Source: the human T2T-CHM13v2.0 reference genome, Homo sapiens
Strand: one strand, 5' to 3'
Length of the DNA: 64,000 nt
NCBI RefSeq assembly: GCF_009914755.1
Contig: NC_060931.1
Below the pieces are notes generated by a model. The model saw only the letters and a program-made list of their open reading frames with translations, made no database searches and was not told the origin of the DNA. The position numbers and the translations under genes are program-made. Positions within the stretch are counted from its first letter, which is position 1; each line of letters begins with the position of its first letter. Positions 14,580-28,917 of this stretch are shown here, piece after piece.

Positions 14580-15480
14580 GATGAGGATTGGATTGATTGG
14601 CTGTCAATCATAAAAAGAAAGAAAGGAATCTAGGATAATTTTTGAATTTCTGACTTAGCAGCCGTTTGGAGAGTGGTTCATTTTATAGCAACAAAGAGGG
14701 TATAGGGAGGGGTAGGTTGAAGGAATGTGGCGGCAGGGAATGATGCATTCATCTAGTGCATGTGGAGGTGCAGATGCCTGTGGGGTTCCAGTGGGACTTC
14801 TTGAGAAGGCCCTGCATGAGGACTGGAGGCCAGGTGGAATTTGGTGTAGTAGTGAAGAAAACATGTAGAATTAAATCCAGAACCCCTAATCATGGCAACA
14901 AGGCCCTACATAGTGTAACCCTGGCCACTGTCACCAACCTCACTCCCCTCTTGCTTCCAGTACTCTGGTCTCTCTGGTATTCCTTCTGTCCTTCAACACA
15001 CCAAGCTTGCTCCTCCCCCAGAGCCTTTACACTTGTTGTTCTGTCATATAGAATGTTCTGACCGTTACCACCCCACCTCTTTTCATTCAGATCTCAGTTT
15101 GAGAAGGCTTCACTGACCACCGAATGTAAACCAGACCCATTAGTTACTGTCAACATTATGACTTTTTTCATAGCACATGAAACCATCTGAAGTCATTTTC
15201 TCTATTTGTTTATTTGTTTTTTGTTTCCTCTTCCAGAGTATATGCTCACTGGAAACACTGGCCTTGTCTTTTTTACCATTGTATCTTCAGGGTGTAGGCA
15301 GGAATGCAAACAACATAGTTGTATAACACATATTTGTTAAATGAATTAATGAAGATACAAACATGTATTTGAAGTCATTATCTCTTAGATGGGAGTTGAG
15401 GTCATGGCATTAATTAGAATGAATTAGAGAAGTGTGCAACTAGAGTGATCAGGGAAAGAGAAGAATGCCTTGACAACACT
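14580..15480. mobile_element. L2 fragments in mixed orientation (plus-strand 3' end at ~14870-15350 flanked by minus-strand L2)
   Basis: Abrupt purine/pyrimidine strand switch near 14870; tail CATATTTGTTAAATGAATTAATG at ~15330-15350. Confidence 0.55.
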
Positions 15481-16894
15481 ATTATTCTCTTCATATCCTC
15501 TTTAAGGATAAATGGTAATCTTTTCAACTGAAATTACAGGTGAACTAATTCTATAAATATTCACATTCAGTTAAAAATGGTTTCTTTTTCATTTGAAATT
15601 TATATCTACTTATGCTTAAATAAAATATATTTGGTCTAAATTGTATGGAAAATCTCTTTTACATTTCTGCCTATATAGAAACATACTAGCAAAAGTATTT
15701 TAATAAATCCAAAGTCCAACCATTGTTAGAAATTAACAACTAAACAAATAACCAAAATAAAATGTATCAAAGTTGGTCTTTCAAAAATATAAGAAAACAC
15801 AGAAATGGTAATAAGAACTAGTTTTTTTGTATAGCAACTCAACATGAGGCCAGCTAATATAAAATTTTTCTCAGATATTATAAACTGTCCATACCAATAA
15901 AAAGTTCTAAACTAATGAGAAAAAGTGAGTAGACAGGCATAATTTGCTTAAAGTTACTTACTTGTAGAGGAATAAAGGTCTGCATAATTAATGTGGTGAA
16001 GTTAATAATCACAAGACCCTAAATGGGAGAATACTGTTATCTTGCTTTTATTGTTACTGTTGTTACACTGTTATACCAGTATACTGTTACATTTCCTTTT
16101 ACCATTGGCAAAACACCTTAATGTCTTTAGGTCTCAGAATCTTTATCTGTGGAATAAGAGGAGTCAAACAGATATTTGAAAGGTACTTTTTGGGTTCTCT
16201 CTGTATGCTCTTAAAATCTATGCACTGTTTTTACTACATACATCCTGTCCACAGGTAATCAGGAAATTTAAGTAACTGACCACAAGGGGGAGAACTTTAA
16301 TTCTGCATTAAATTATTTAATACAATATGAAATGATTTGAAAGTACTTGGCTATGTGAGGTTGGTGATAGGCTGCTTCATTTCCACTTCCTTGTGGAAGT
16401 TGGGGCATTCTACTGCTAACGATAGGTTTAACTTAATTGAAATGTGGTTTTGTGTTTGTAGAGTTATGATACAGTCACTGGATGTCAAATTCTATTTGTA
16501 TTAAGCAATAATGCTCCATGAAGGGATCCAGATGCCTTTTTTATTAAATTTATGATAGTAGAATGTTAGAATTCACCCTGGAAGAGTTTTTCCTTTCAAG
16601 TAATATTATTTAAGTTATTCTGCAAGAAATCTATTACCTTCTTGAATGTCAACTCTGAAACAAGCATAGGATTATCAACGGGGCAGTCTGTACTCAAGTA
16701 TTCATATAAAAAGAAAAGAATTAGAATGGTGCTGGCCACATCATTTGAATGTTATGTGATCATTGGCTTTATATATATGTTCGCTGTTATATGAATATTA
16801 AATATTATATGTTCACACTGTTAAATATTCATTTTTCTGTGGGTTAAGTTATGTACTCTTATTTAAAATTTTATTTTAAGGCAACTATAGCTTT

Positions 16895-17405
16895 CTTTAT
16901 TTTTAAAATATTTTATTTGAAGTTCCAGGTACAAGTGCAGGACGTGCAGATTTTTTACGTAGGTAAATGTATGCCATGGTGGTTTGCTGCACCTGTCTTC
17001 CCATCCCTTAGGTATCAAGCCCCACGTGCATTAGCTATTTACCCTGATGCTCTCCCTCCCCTTGCACCCCTGACAGGCCCTAGTGGGTGTTGTTTCCCTC
17101 CTTGTGTCTATGTGTTCTCAATGTTCAGCTCCCATTTATAAGTGAGAACATGAGGTATTTGGTTTTCTGTTCCTGCATTAGTCTGCTAAGGATAATGCCC
17201 TCCCTTCTCCATCCATGTCCCTGCAAAGGACATGATCTTGTTCCTTTTTCTGTATAGTATATATTCATAGTATTCCATATCACATATCACATATACATAT
17301 ATCACATTTTCTTTATCCAGTCTATCACTGATGGGCATTTGAGTTGATTCCATGTCTTTGCTATTGTGAATAGGGCTGCAATGAACATACGCGTGCATGT
17401 ATCTG
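16895..17405 (-). mobile_element. L1PA (mid-age) 3' end
   Basis: GTGCAGGACGTGCAG...CCATGGTGGTTTGCTGCACC...TTTATAAGTGAGAACATG...CATACGCGTGCATGTATCT. Confidence 0.92.
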
Positions 17406-18419
17406 CATTCTATTATAACTTTCATTGAGTTAAGAATTACCTTATCAGTCATACTAAGGCTTAAAAGTTTACATTTTGGATTTCATTAAGCTAAATTTGT
17501 AAGGTATAAATGTAAGATTTCTGGATTTTATCAAATGTACCCAAACATACACAGCTAAATGAGTCCAATTTAAAGACATTATATCAGTGACCTATATAAG
17601 TATCTCAATAACTCATTTGTTACTGAAGACAATTTGTACTTCCCCTTAGAAGCATTGTCACGCTCTTTTTAATATGTTCAGTGACAGCAGATCTGTCTTT
17701 GAGAGTGAGTATAAATTAAAAAAATTCTATCAATGGAGATCAAATCTTAAAGTTACTAATTAAGTTGGAGTATAACAATAATTTGGAGATCAAAAATTAG
17801 ATATAATTAAAATATTTAAGCTCCCTTTGATTTATAAACCTCCTTTATTCAACTGCCAAAGGGTCCCAAAATGTTTTCAGCAATGGTGTTGCTACCTGGA
17901 CAAATATAAATCTTCCTGAAGTGACTCCTATACGGGGTAAATTTATTTGAATACATTCATTCTGATGTGTTCACAAAAATGAACAAATAACTATATAAAT
18001 GAAATTGTTTATAGTCACACTGTGTTTATTTTCCAGTTATTTTCATAGTGAGCCTTCATGAATTCTTTAAAATTACGATATGCTAAGTAAATCAGCAATT
18101 TTATCGTTGAGAGATATTCTATAACTTCTTCCAAAAATGATTAAGATTGTTAATAATTCTCTTTTTGGCTTAGTGAATTAGGTTTCTATTGGTATTCTCA
18201 CACCAAAAAGTATTATAGACCCATAAAAAATCTATGCCAGGCAGTGTGTTGAATATACCCCCTATTGCTACTTGTACACCCAGTGACTAGCACAGTGATT
18301 GGCCTACTAGTACATTTTTACCAGTAGCTATCCAATAAATTTTGGTACATAAATTAATGAATAATAAGTGATACAAAGAGCTTATACACGTATATATTAT
18401 TTTTCCCATTACATATGTA

Positions 18420-18962
18420 TTATTTTTCCACAGTGCTGCGTAATCATTCACCCAAACCTTAGTGGTTAAATAAACAATAATCACTAATGTTCACAGAACT
18501 CTGATTTGGGCAGGACTCAGTGGAAACAGCTCATTTCTTCTCCACACAATGTCAACTGAGCTGGCTTCCCAGGTTTACTGGAAGCCTGGGGTCTGGGGTC
18601 ACCTGAAGTCTCACTCACTCACATGTCTAGTGGATGATAGGGGCTGTTGGCTGCGACCTTAGCTGGGGATGTTGTCTGAAATTGCTGGATTGCTCACAGC
18701 ATAGTGTTTGAATTCCAGGAGCTAGCATTCAAGTGAGCAAGGCAAAGTGCACATTTTTATGACCTAGCCTTCGAGATCACACGGAATAACTTCTTTTGTA
18801 TTTTATCGGTTAAGGCAGTCACAGAAGAGGTCTGCCTGCATTCAAGGGGAGAGAGTTAGAAGCCACTACACAATGGGAGGAATATCAAGCTCATGTTGTA
18901 AGAAAGGCATGTGGGATTGGATATATTGCAGTAACCATTTCTGGAAAATACAATATGCCATA
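18420..18962 (-). mobile_element. MaLR LTR, MLT1 (G/H-like)
   Basis: TGCTGCGTAA...CCCAAACCTTAGTGG...TTTGGGCAGGACTCAG...GGAAAATACAATATGCCATA. Confidence 0.7.
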
Positions 18963-20759
18963 TTTTCTGATTTATAAATATATAATTTTTATCCAAAATT
19001 CAAACTTCTATTCACTAGATAACTTTAGAAAATAATATTCCCAAACAAAATTCACCCTGCTAAAGGAATTCTATCTGATCCAATAAACATTTATTATCCA
19101 TTATTCTCTTACATATGCTCGTCTTCTCTCCCAAACCACTTTCACATTCATGCTAATCCTGGACCAAGGATTGTATCTTTGTTGAACGTTTTCTCTATTC
19201 CTTTTTTGCTGGGAAAATATTTACTTACGTTTCCAGTCAGTTTATCACTAATCATTTACTATTGACATGCCCCTGTGTCTTTTTCACAGTTCAAAGAATA
19301 GACAGCATAATGCTGTTTAATATTAGGTGTTTTTTTCTAAATTGATATAAATTTTGAAAGTTATATACTCTTTCTTAGCTAGAAGAATTCTCATTTTATC
19401 TTAAACATTTTTTTCTGTTACTAACTTGAAAGAAACTTCAGTTAAAACTGAAAAATACCATTCTAATTAATGAAGTATTACAAAATTTGGAAAATAGAAT
19501 GGTCTTCCCTAAAATTTGATTCTGTTATGTAACAATGATGCATATCATTTTTGTTTATTATATACATTTTGTTTGTTACATACAATTTGGTCAGTATTTT
19601 CATATGCAGAACAAAATTTTCTTCAAATGAAAAATTGAGGTGCACACTGAGATTGGTTTGTCCTCAAAGAAGCTAAAAATGAAAAAAAAATAATAAAAAA
19701 TAAAACTATAATGATAAGTATTTTCTCCATTAACTCCAAAGTTGGTTTCGTAAGATGTTAAGGTGATTTGGGACAAATATCATTGCAGTTTTCAAAATAT
19801 TGATGTCAATTAATTGTTTAAACAAGCTAAAAACTTTTAAACAATGCAAAAAATATTCATCTGGATAAAAGAAGGGATCAACTTGAAATTGGTCACATAG
19901 AAATTATATATAATTAGTTGCTTTCTAGAAAGTGAATTGAGAAAATAACCAGATTGTTTATTTTACATAAAATCATTTAGAAGTAAGTGTTAATAGTGGG
20001 CAGATAATGTTTTCTGTGTACCCTGCCATATTCCTCAGTGCCTGGCAAATGTTTGTAACATAGAGGGATGTTCAATAAATGATGTTGCATGGAGTAGCAC
20101 AATGCCACCTGATAATGTATTTTCATTTCATTCCGAATAGCTATTGTTTTCTGTAGCTTTATAATGGTCTCAATATTCTTGATTATATAGGCCAGAATAT
20201 GTGGGCTTTGGAAATATTTTCAATAATTAGATTTTGTTTTCTGAATGCAGGAATTATACAGTGATTATTCCTTTACTTGTGCTCTCAAAGCCCTTCCTAT
20301 ATACTGCTACTATAATGATATATTATATTACATTATATGTCATATCGTAACTACTTCTACATGTACTTGCCTCTAACCTGAGGTTGCAAGCAACTCAAGG
20401 GTGGGATTTTTCTTCTCGATTTTGTACCCTCAGAACACTATACTTCTGCTATGTAGTAGTGACTGTTTATTAACTCTTGAGGGATTGGATGATAATCTGA
20501 ATTCCGTTTGTCTTTTTTCAGCCATACTTTTTTTTGAAAAGTGTCAATTCATGAAAATGATGTTAATATTTGAGAGCTTATGATAAACTTATTAAACCCA
20601 TCTACCTAGTAAAATAATGTATTGAACTTAATACCACAACAAATAGATACATTTTAAAGTTTAGCTCAACATACTCTATAAAGATTAATATATTACCTCT
20701 GTGTATATTGCAATGTTCTGTTTCTTTTAAAAGACACCAGTAACTTTAAAAATGTTTTT

Positions 20760-20765
20760 TTTATT
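20760..20765 (-). terminator. TEX47: Predicted polyadenylation signal AATAAA of TEX47
   Basis: TTTATT on the + strand, 50 nt downstream of the TEX47 stop codon. Confidence 0.75.
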
Positions 20766-20815
20766 TAAGTAGCACAAACTCCTTAAGAGACATGGGCACA
20801 TTATCCCTCTCAATC

Positions 20816-21589
<774 letters not shown>

Positions 21590-21681
21590 TTATTTTTCCA
21601 GATGATTCCAGCTTTTAGCTTATCATAATATTTATGCTGCCAGGGTACCTCTTTACTGATGAACTCGTGTTTTTATTTCTT

Positions 21682-22274
21682 CTGACAAAAAAAAAAAGAG
21701 TAAATCACGGTTTGTCAAATGTTACTAAATAGTAAAATCCCAATCTTTTGCCAGTTTTATCAGGAAACAATGTATTTGAAATGAAAGACAATGTTAAAAC
21801 AATACTCAAACTATAGACTTTTTTAAAAGTTTACAACGAAAGAGTTAAATAATATCCTAGGAAAAAACTTTGTAAATGTCATGTAATGGTGATTACAGAT
21901 TGTCCTTTATAAGCCAAATTTTTTAAAAATGGTATTTTATGGTAATTCTTCCAGTTTCTTTTACAAATCTAACTGATCTATAACTTTTAAAAAAAAATCC
22001 AAGGCTTTTTAAGTCCTAATTAGCTTATGTAACCTTTAGTCATGTCACTAATAGTTAATAATGTTCCTTGAATAATAACAGTAAACATTTCAAGGGAAAA
22101 GTTTTGGTTCTTTGTTTTTTCTCCTATCGACGAATCTCAGAAATGATTCATTTCTCCCCCCTTTATTTGTTTTCTTGTTGTTTTTGTTGTTGTAAGGGCT
22201 ACATGAAAGTATTCTGCTACTTTAACTTACTCTGCTTACAAATCTCCTCAATTTTTTTTTCCAGGTCAACTTAC
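21682..22274 (-). other. TEX47: Predicted 5'-UTR intron of TEX47 (593 bp)
   Basis: Minus-strand donor ATG|GTAAGT (GTAAGT at 22274-22269); acceptor CTC-T11-GTCAG ending at 21682. Confidence 0.75.
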
Positions 22275-22360
22275 CATTTTTCTTTTTTTTCCTGTGCTTC
22301 TGTCACGCACCTGTCCTCGAGGCCCTACTTGTCCTCCATCAGGCTCCCAACTGCCAGTCC
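22275..22360 (-). other. TEX47: Predicted non-coding first exon of TEX47 (5' end uncertain)
   Basis: GC-richer, purine-rich (minus strand) segment ending at a consensus donor site. Confidence 0.6.
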
Positions 22361-22520
22361 TCTGGTGTTCTCAGCTGTCCTGTGTTCTGCCTTCCCTCGG
22401 GCATACGTGAGTCAGAATGTCAGCACCATTAAAGGACCAGAGCGCCAAGTTTCTTAATACGGGTATCTCGACAAACACTTCAAAGTCACTGCAGAGGAAG
22501 TGTGAATGGCTTATTCCTGA
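22360..22520 (-). promoter_or_regulatory. Putative TEX47 proximal promoter
   Basis: Local CpG retention in an AT-rich background; ACGTGAGTCA (AP-1/CRE-like, 22405-22414); GAGGAAGTG (ETS-like, 22494-22502). Confidence 0.4.
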
Positions 22521-22750
22521 ATGGTTTATTTTTAGTCAGGTGCATTTGTAAGTCAGACAGATGGTGAGAATCTGGACATCTTTTTCCTTTCTTTTTTTCC
22601 GTTTGATAAATAAAAAGTATGGTTGTAGAACTCCTCTGTTCTACTTAGACACTAACTAAAGACTTCAGGAACACATATCTGAATCTATCTAATGGTGAAT
22701 ATATGATGAGAAAGTTCTATAGTAAGATTTGGCTTACTTAACTTAATGTG

Positions 22751-22807
22751 ATTTTAAGAGATGCACCTCTTAAAATTGTGTCTTAAGAGATGCATCTCTT
22801 AAAATTG
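22751..22807. repeat. Tandem pair of palindromes TTAAGAGATGCA(C/T)CTCTTAAAATTG
   Basis: 25-bp units at 22754-22778 and 22783-22807, 24/25 identical; the second contains a perfect 20-bp palindrome. Confidence 0.9.
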
Positions 22808-25800
22808 CATCCACATGAGTTCTAAACAGTAATTTTAAAACAAGTTTAAAAAACGTTTATTCAATTTTTAACAATGAAACCTAAGAATAATTTTTTCCCT
22901 GAGTTCTGTATTATCCAAACTAATGATCTAATTTTAATGATAATACAATGATAAATTATCCAAGTAAATGAAGGCAGAGAGGTGACTTAATAATTAATTA
23001 ATTGTGTAATACATAAAAATGGACTATTCTTCCTCATTGTGATTCACTTTATCACTCCCTGAAGCAATACAATCTTTCCGAAGATGTAAACCATGGTGCC
23101 AAACCATGTCATTGCCCAGTCTAGTTATTATCTCACTCTCATTCTTCTTACAGCTTTGTTGGAAGAAAGTGTCCATGTTGACCAGAGCCTTCATTATGGC
23201 CTTCTCTCCTCTCCTGGTTTCTATGATACTGCACTTTCTTGGATTTCTTTCTAAATCTCTGTATGAGGCCTTGCCCGGCAATACCTTCTCACATCCAACT
23301 CTGGAAAATACTTAGGCTCTGCGCTCATGATGTGGTTGGATCTCTCGCTCTACTTCTTTGCCCAGTTAGCTCAGCACCATCTATATGTCTCTTTTGTGAG
23401 GGCAGGTAAGTGGTCCTTAAAGCCACTCTTGCCACTAGATTGCACGTTTGAAATTGGAAATTGATCATGGGGCTTTCCTTCTGAGCTTACCTGTGGACTA
23501 AAAATATTTTTCAATCTGAGTCTCAAGGTAGACACAACTAGTTAATTGGGGTTGAGAAAGAAGAAAAAACTGAGCTCCCATTCTAGATTATTTTTGCACA
23601 GAAAATTCTCAAATTATTATCTCCAGTCACTTATTCACAACTCTTCTCTCCTTGGATGTAACTCTGTCTTTTCAAATTTAAAATGAAAACATTTAAACAA
23701 TTATTTTCCTTATTAAACATGTTTCCCTTTACAAATACCCCACTTGTGTCTAAATTAACATGTTTTTTCCTCTCAGTTCCCAGGCCAAAATCCTTGGTAT
23801 TATTTGTTCATGTTTCATCCAAGTTATATACTCCAACTCTATTCTTTTTACTAAGTCTTTTTACTCACTTTAATATGCCTTAAGGGTTCTTGATTTACAC
23901 TACCTCTTTCATAGTCCTACTTCTTTATTTGGATTATAATAAGGGTCTCTACCCACAGTATTTCTAGATTTCTCCACCCCACAAATTCAGCTAAGAGTGT
24001 GAAACCATAAGCCCTTTGATACATCTACTTTATAAAGTTAAAAAGATTCTCATTTTACAAAGTCCTCCCTGCTTTCTTTCCCTCCATAGAATGCTGGGAG
24101 GCAAAGCCTCTGCCTTCACCACATCCAGAGTGACTTCTGGTATTTATTTCCAATTTCCAGTCATGGATTAAACCAGAGAGAACATGGGGACAGGCAATGG
24201 TGTGATTTGTTACCTAACACAGCTACTGATCAAAGTCAGTAGGAGAATTTATGAGGTACTGCTACCCAGGAGCCCCTTTTCAGTGCACAAACTCAAACTA
24301 GTCTTTTATACACAGGTGAGATTCTTCCTCTTCATGAAACTGTTCCTTACTGACAGCCCAATTTCTTCCCTAACATGGCTGAGAACTATCCCTCAAGATA
24401 AGGCTAACCCCAGGATGTACTGTTCCACCTCAACTTTCTGTTGACTTCATTTACATATTTTTATTATAATTATGTTCTCAAAATATAAAGAATTGCCACA
24501 GCAAATGAGAGTGATGTACTATCAAGTTTTGAACAAGATTGTTAACTCACCTTGTCAGTTTCCCACTATCTTCTTGGATTCCCTGAATCTCAGAATAAAT
24601 AATAAAAACTATTTCATAGTTCTGCTTGTTTTATCTTCTGGCTTTGCTCATTCTCCTCCAGGTCTAGTTTTTGTGCACTGCTTTTTCCAAATCTCTTTTT
24701 TAAGAGTTCTATTTCCATGGGTATCAGAACCTTGATGGCTTCCCCCTTCTTCTAAATCATAGCTCCCCACTCTGATCAATACTTCCAACACAATATCTCT
24801 CTGATAATCACATGTGTCTTTCTACCTTTTACTCCTATCAAAAGAAGCTTAGTGGTCATCTTTTCTCACCATGTGTGCTTTTTGTTTTCCTTTTATTTCA
24901 TATATCTAGATTCCTCCAATATAAACCTAATAGAAGAATGATATTTCATCATGATAAACATATAAACTCTATAGAAAATCAACTAAGCTCTCCTTTCTTC
25001 AAAAGAGTGATAATATCTTAACAAAGCCTAATTGTTGTTATCTTGAAAAACATATGAACTATCATTTCTGTAAGTCAAAAAAGGCAAGTAGAGACAATGT
25101 TGCATGGTTCAAACTAATACATTCAGAAGCAATAGTTTTTAATCTCCATGGATGGTTTGACATCTTTATTCCATTTTCCCAATGTAATTTTCCATTTTCA
25201 AATTATTTTTTTGCTATTGGGTTGCTTCCTAAAAATTTTAGCTTCATTGTCACATGGCTATCTGAAAGGTTTAAAGGCAACTTGTTTTCTTATCATTCAT
25301 CAATCACACTCTGAACTGTCAAGAGTAAGTTCTGACTAGATAGAAATAGAAGCAACATGCAATTCAGACAGTTTTTGATTCATTGTCTTGTGTAATTAGA
25401 ATTGTACACTCTCTGCTCAATGGACATTCAGCTTTAAGTGCCCAGGTGCCACAATCCTTATGTGCCATCTATTAAGGGCAAGTTATTTACCTTCAGATGG
25501 TGACTCAAGAGAACTCTTCTATCTGTCTGTCTACGTATCTGGATAAAGAAGCATTTGTGTTATTCTACCCAGAGTGATCTGTTTAGAATAGCTATCCAAG
25601 TTCAAGTTCAAACAACTGATAAGTCACAGAACCTTAATAGAAGCTTAGGATGCCAAGTCTTCTTTCAATTATTCTACTTATCTACCTTTTTAATTCAACT
25701 TATCTGATGTTAATACATAGCATATACTTGTAACTCGTGTCAAAGAGTACACCTTACTATTACTGATATACTTATGCCCTGGTTTCCTTTTTCAGAACCA

Positions 25801-25869
25801 AATGCTCCTGAATAACAAATTTATCATGTCCTTTTTGTTTTTGTAAGCCAGACAGAAAGGATTAAAACA

Positions 25870-26030
25870 ATTAAATACCATTTATTATTTACCATGTGCC
25901 ATGCACTAGATACTTTTACATACAGTAACTAAGCTACTTTTAACAGTAACCCTATATGATAGATAGAATCTTTTCTACAGTTTATATGGGAGGAAACCAA
26001 AATTTAGAGTAGTTAAGTATTTTGCACACA
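25870..26030 (-). mobile_element. MIR SINE
   Basis: TTACCATGTGCCATGCACT...TTTATATGGGAGGAAACCAAAATTTAGAG. Confidence 0.6.
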
Positions 26031-27325
26031 ATTAAAATCTTCTCTCAGCAGCCTCCATATTCTGTCTACCTGGGTAAAGAGGAGGTAAATTATCTCCTAT
26101 TTCTATCCATGACCATAGTGTCATTCTTCCCCCTGTCTATGAGATGATTCCTCTGGAACCAAAGGATACCTTATGGTTTGGATAAAGTAAATTTAAAGAA
26201 AAACTTCTACATTATACCTAGGTTTCAGCAACATTTATCTACTGTTATTATCTACTCATTTGTCTCAGATTTATTGACGCCTTTGGTGTGCCAGGTGATA
26301 TCATTAGGCACTATAAGAAATGTAAGTCTGGAGCTTAGAGTCCAGATTTCAGGAGCTTAGAGTCAGGTACAGGTGATGAAATGTACATGAATCTGAGATG
26401 TTCTTGAGACAGAGCAGGGAAAAACAATAAATATCATGCAAATGATGTTTAGTGCTTTAGAAACACCAATTTAGAAAGGGTAACTCTGGAGTTTTCTTAG
26501 AAACGTTAGTGAAAGAGTTCTCATTTGAGCGTGGCCTTCAGAGAAACAGGATTGAAGGACAGCCTCATGAATTGGTCTCACATACATTCCTTTAAAATGT
26601 GAGGTTGTGCACTTACTAAACTTGATTTCCATCTGGAATACCAGGCTTTAAACTCTCACCTGTGCTCAGGTCCTAGCGAAACAAAACACTCTAAATCATT
26701 TCCTTTCACTTTATGTCTTATATCAAAATGATCAGCCAAAGAGAACTAATCATCTAAATAAATGGCTTACAACTTGGGTACAGCCTTTCACTAAGAGCAC
26801 ATATAATAAGCTATTGAGTAGACAAAAAATATATTTGATTTAGCATAGCAAATCTGAGTGAGCTTAGTTATCAAATCACTAGGTATTTGAACATTTATTG
26901 AAAAAGACATTCCCCCTCCAAGAAAAAAAAACAAACTACATTACTTTCTCTGGCATTGACTCTCTTCACCAATAGTATTACGGAACAGTGTTTGGTAATT
27001 ACTTATCAAGGAGAGCGCAGGCTAGGAACATTTAGTTAATTGATTACAACATTTCACATAGTTTTCATCTATTTACTATTTGTAGAAAAATGTGCCAGGC
27101 TCTATGGAAATATTCTTGTGAATCAGATATTTTATCTGCACATGAAAAATTTAATTCTGTTAGTAGATCTTAAGATCCCCATGACTATGTTTAGTACAGG
27201 GCTGGATGGGCGTATACAAGAGTGCTAAGATATAAACAATGAACAATGAAAGCACAAAATTTGGAAACATTTAAATTTGGCTGGAAGAATGAGCATTTAA
27301 GCTGGGAATTAAAAAATAGATATGA

Positions 27326-27327
<2 letters not shown>

Positions 27328-27369
<42 letters not shown>
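27328..27369 (+). repeat. (TG)21 microsatellite
   Basis: Direct count. Confidence 0.97.
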
Positions 27370-27371
<2 letters not shown>

Positions 27372-27454
27372 TAAAGCATAAACAGCAGAGGGCATATGTT
27401 AAAGATAGGAAGTGTGGCACACCATTAAGAAAATGGAAACAATCTGTTCTGGCT

Positions 27455-27910
27455 AAAGCACTAGTCCTCAAACCACAGAATCTGCAAATTTGTTAAACTG
27501 AAGATTCCTGGTCTCTAGGCCAAAAATGTCTAAGTTAGTAGGCTTAAAGTGAGACCCAAGAATTTGCATTTTTGACAAGTAATCTCCCAGTCTCTCTACA
27601 TACCTCACTTTAAGAAAGAAGAGGCTAACTCACAGTGATTCAAACCCTGACTGTCTATTAGAATAATCTAGTGGAGAATTTTTTATTTTATTTTATTTTA
27701 TTTCCATAGGTTTTTGGGGAACAGGTGGTATTTGGTTACATGAGTAAGTTCTTTAGTGGTGATTTGCAAGATTCTAGTGCGCCCACCCAGCACCCCAAAA
27801 GCCAGTTCCCAGTCTTACTTAATTAGGAATTCCACCAGGAATGGAACCCTGGTGTGTAGTTTGTTAAAACCTCTCCAGGTGATTTTAAATGTAGCCTGGA
27901 GCAGAACTGC
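27455..27910. mobile_element. MER5-like fragments, with a short minus-strand L1PB 3' end inserted at ~27678-27790
   Basis: MER5 motifs (GAGACCCAAGAATTTGCATTTTTGACAAG; CTCTCCAGGTGATTTT); L1PB-like TTTGGGGAACAGGTGGTATTTGGTTACATGAGTAAGTTCTTTAGTGGTGAT. Confidence 0.65.
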
Positions 27911-28556
27911 TAGAAGGTGAGTGGTGGGAGGAGAGGGGAAAAAAAAAAAAAGTAACTTGGAAGCAGTTTGTGGAGGACTTCTATGCCACGCTCAGAAGTT
28001 TGAATTTTACTCCGTGGATAATAGAGAATCATGAGAATTTCCTGAGTGCCTGTAATTATAACTGTTTAGGAAGTTGCCCTGAAGTGCAGAGGAATTGGAG
28101 ATGGGAAATACTAGAGGCACCCAGAGCCCTTTTAAGAACTCTGCAGTTGGCAAGTGATCCCTCTTATCTTCTGCCAGCTTAACAGTAAATTGTTTCAACT
28201 TTGCTGAAAACCAATTTGCAAATGTAAATCATAAGCTTAAAAATCTACTCTTTGACTAAGTAATGCCTCTTCTAGATCCCATGGTAAGTAAATAAAATTA
28301 TGAGTTTCACGTTGAAGCTAAGTGAAGAAAAAATTTTAAAAAAGAAACAAAATTACTGACAAACATTTGAAATATAAAGACAGTTTTTATAGAAAAAAAG
28401 AACTTTGAAAAAATGAATATATGTATTAATGAACAACTACTATGATGCCCTTGAAATTAATTTTGAAGAATATTTCAAGGGAGGAAAAATAGTTATTCAC
28501 TGAAACGAATAGCATAATATGAAAAATTATAGATATTTAAAAATAAAATTTGGATC

Positions 28557-28917
28557 TGATATGGTTTGGCTGTGTGGCCCCACCCAAATCTCATTTCGAA
28601 TTGTAATCTCCATGTGTTGAGGGAGGGATCTGGTGGGAGGTGATTGGATCTTGGGGCAGTTTCCCTCATGCTGCTCTGGTGATAGCGAGGGAATTCTCAG
28701 GAAATCTGATGGCTTTAAAAATGGCGGTATCTCCTGTGCTCGCTCCCTCCCGCCTCAAGTGAAGAAGCTCCTTGTTCTGCTTCACCTTCTGCCATGACTG
28801 CAAGTTTCCTGAGACCTCCTCAATCATGCGAAACTGTGAGTCAATTAAACATCTTTTGTTTATAAATTGCCCAGTCTCAGGTAGTATCTTTATAACAGTG
28901 CGAAAGTGAACTAGTAA
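28557..28917 (+). mobile_element. MaLR solo LTR (THE1D/MSTA-like)
   Basis: TGATATGGTTTGGCTGTGTGGCCCCACCCAAATCTCAT...CAATTAAACATCTTTTGTTTATAAATTGCCCAGTCTCAGG. Confidence 0.92.

Noticed and set aside
22068-22457. 129-aa plus-strand ORF overlapping the TEX47 5' region
   Set aside because: Non-ATG (TTG) start and low-complexity F/S/C-rich composition; best explained as antisense to the TEX47 exon 1 and intron.
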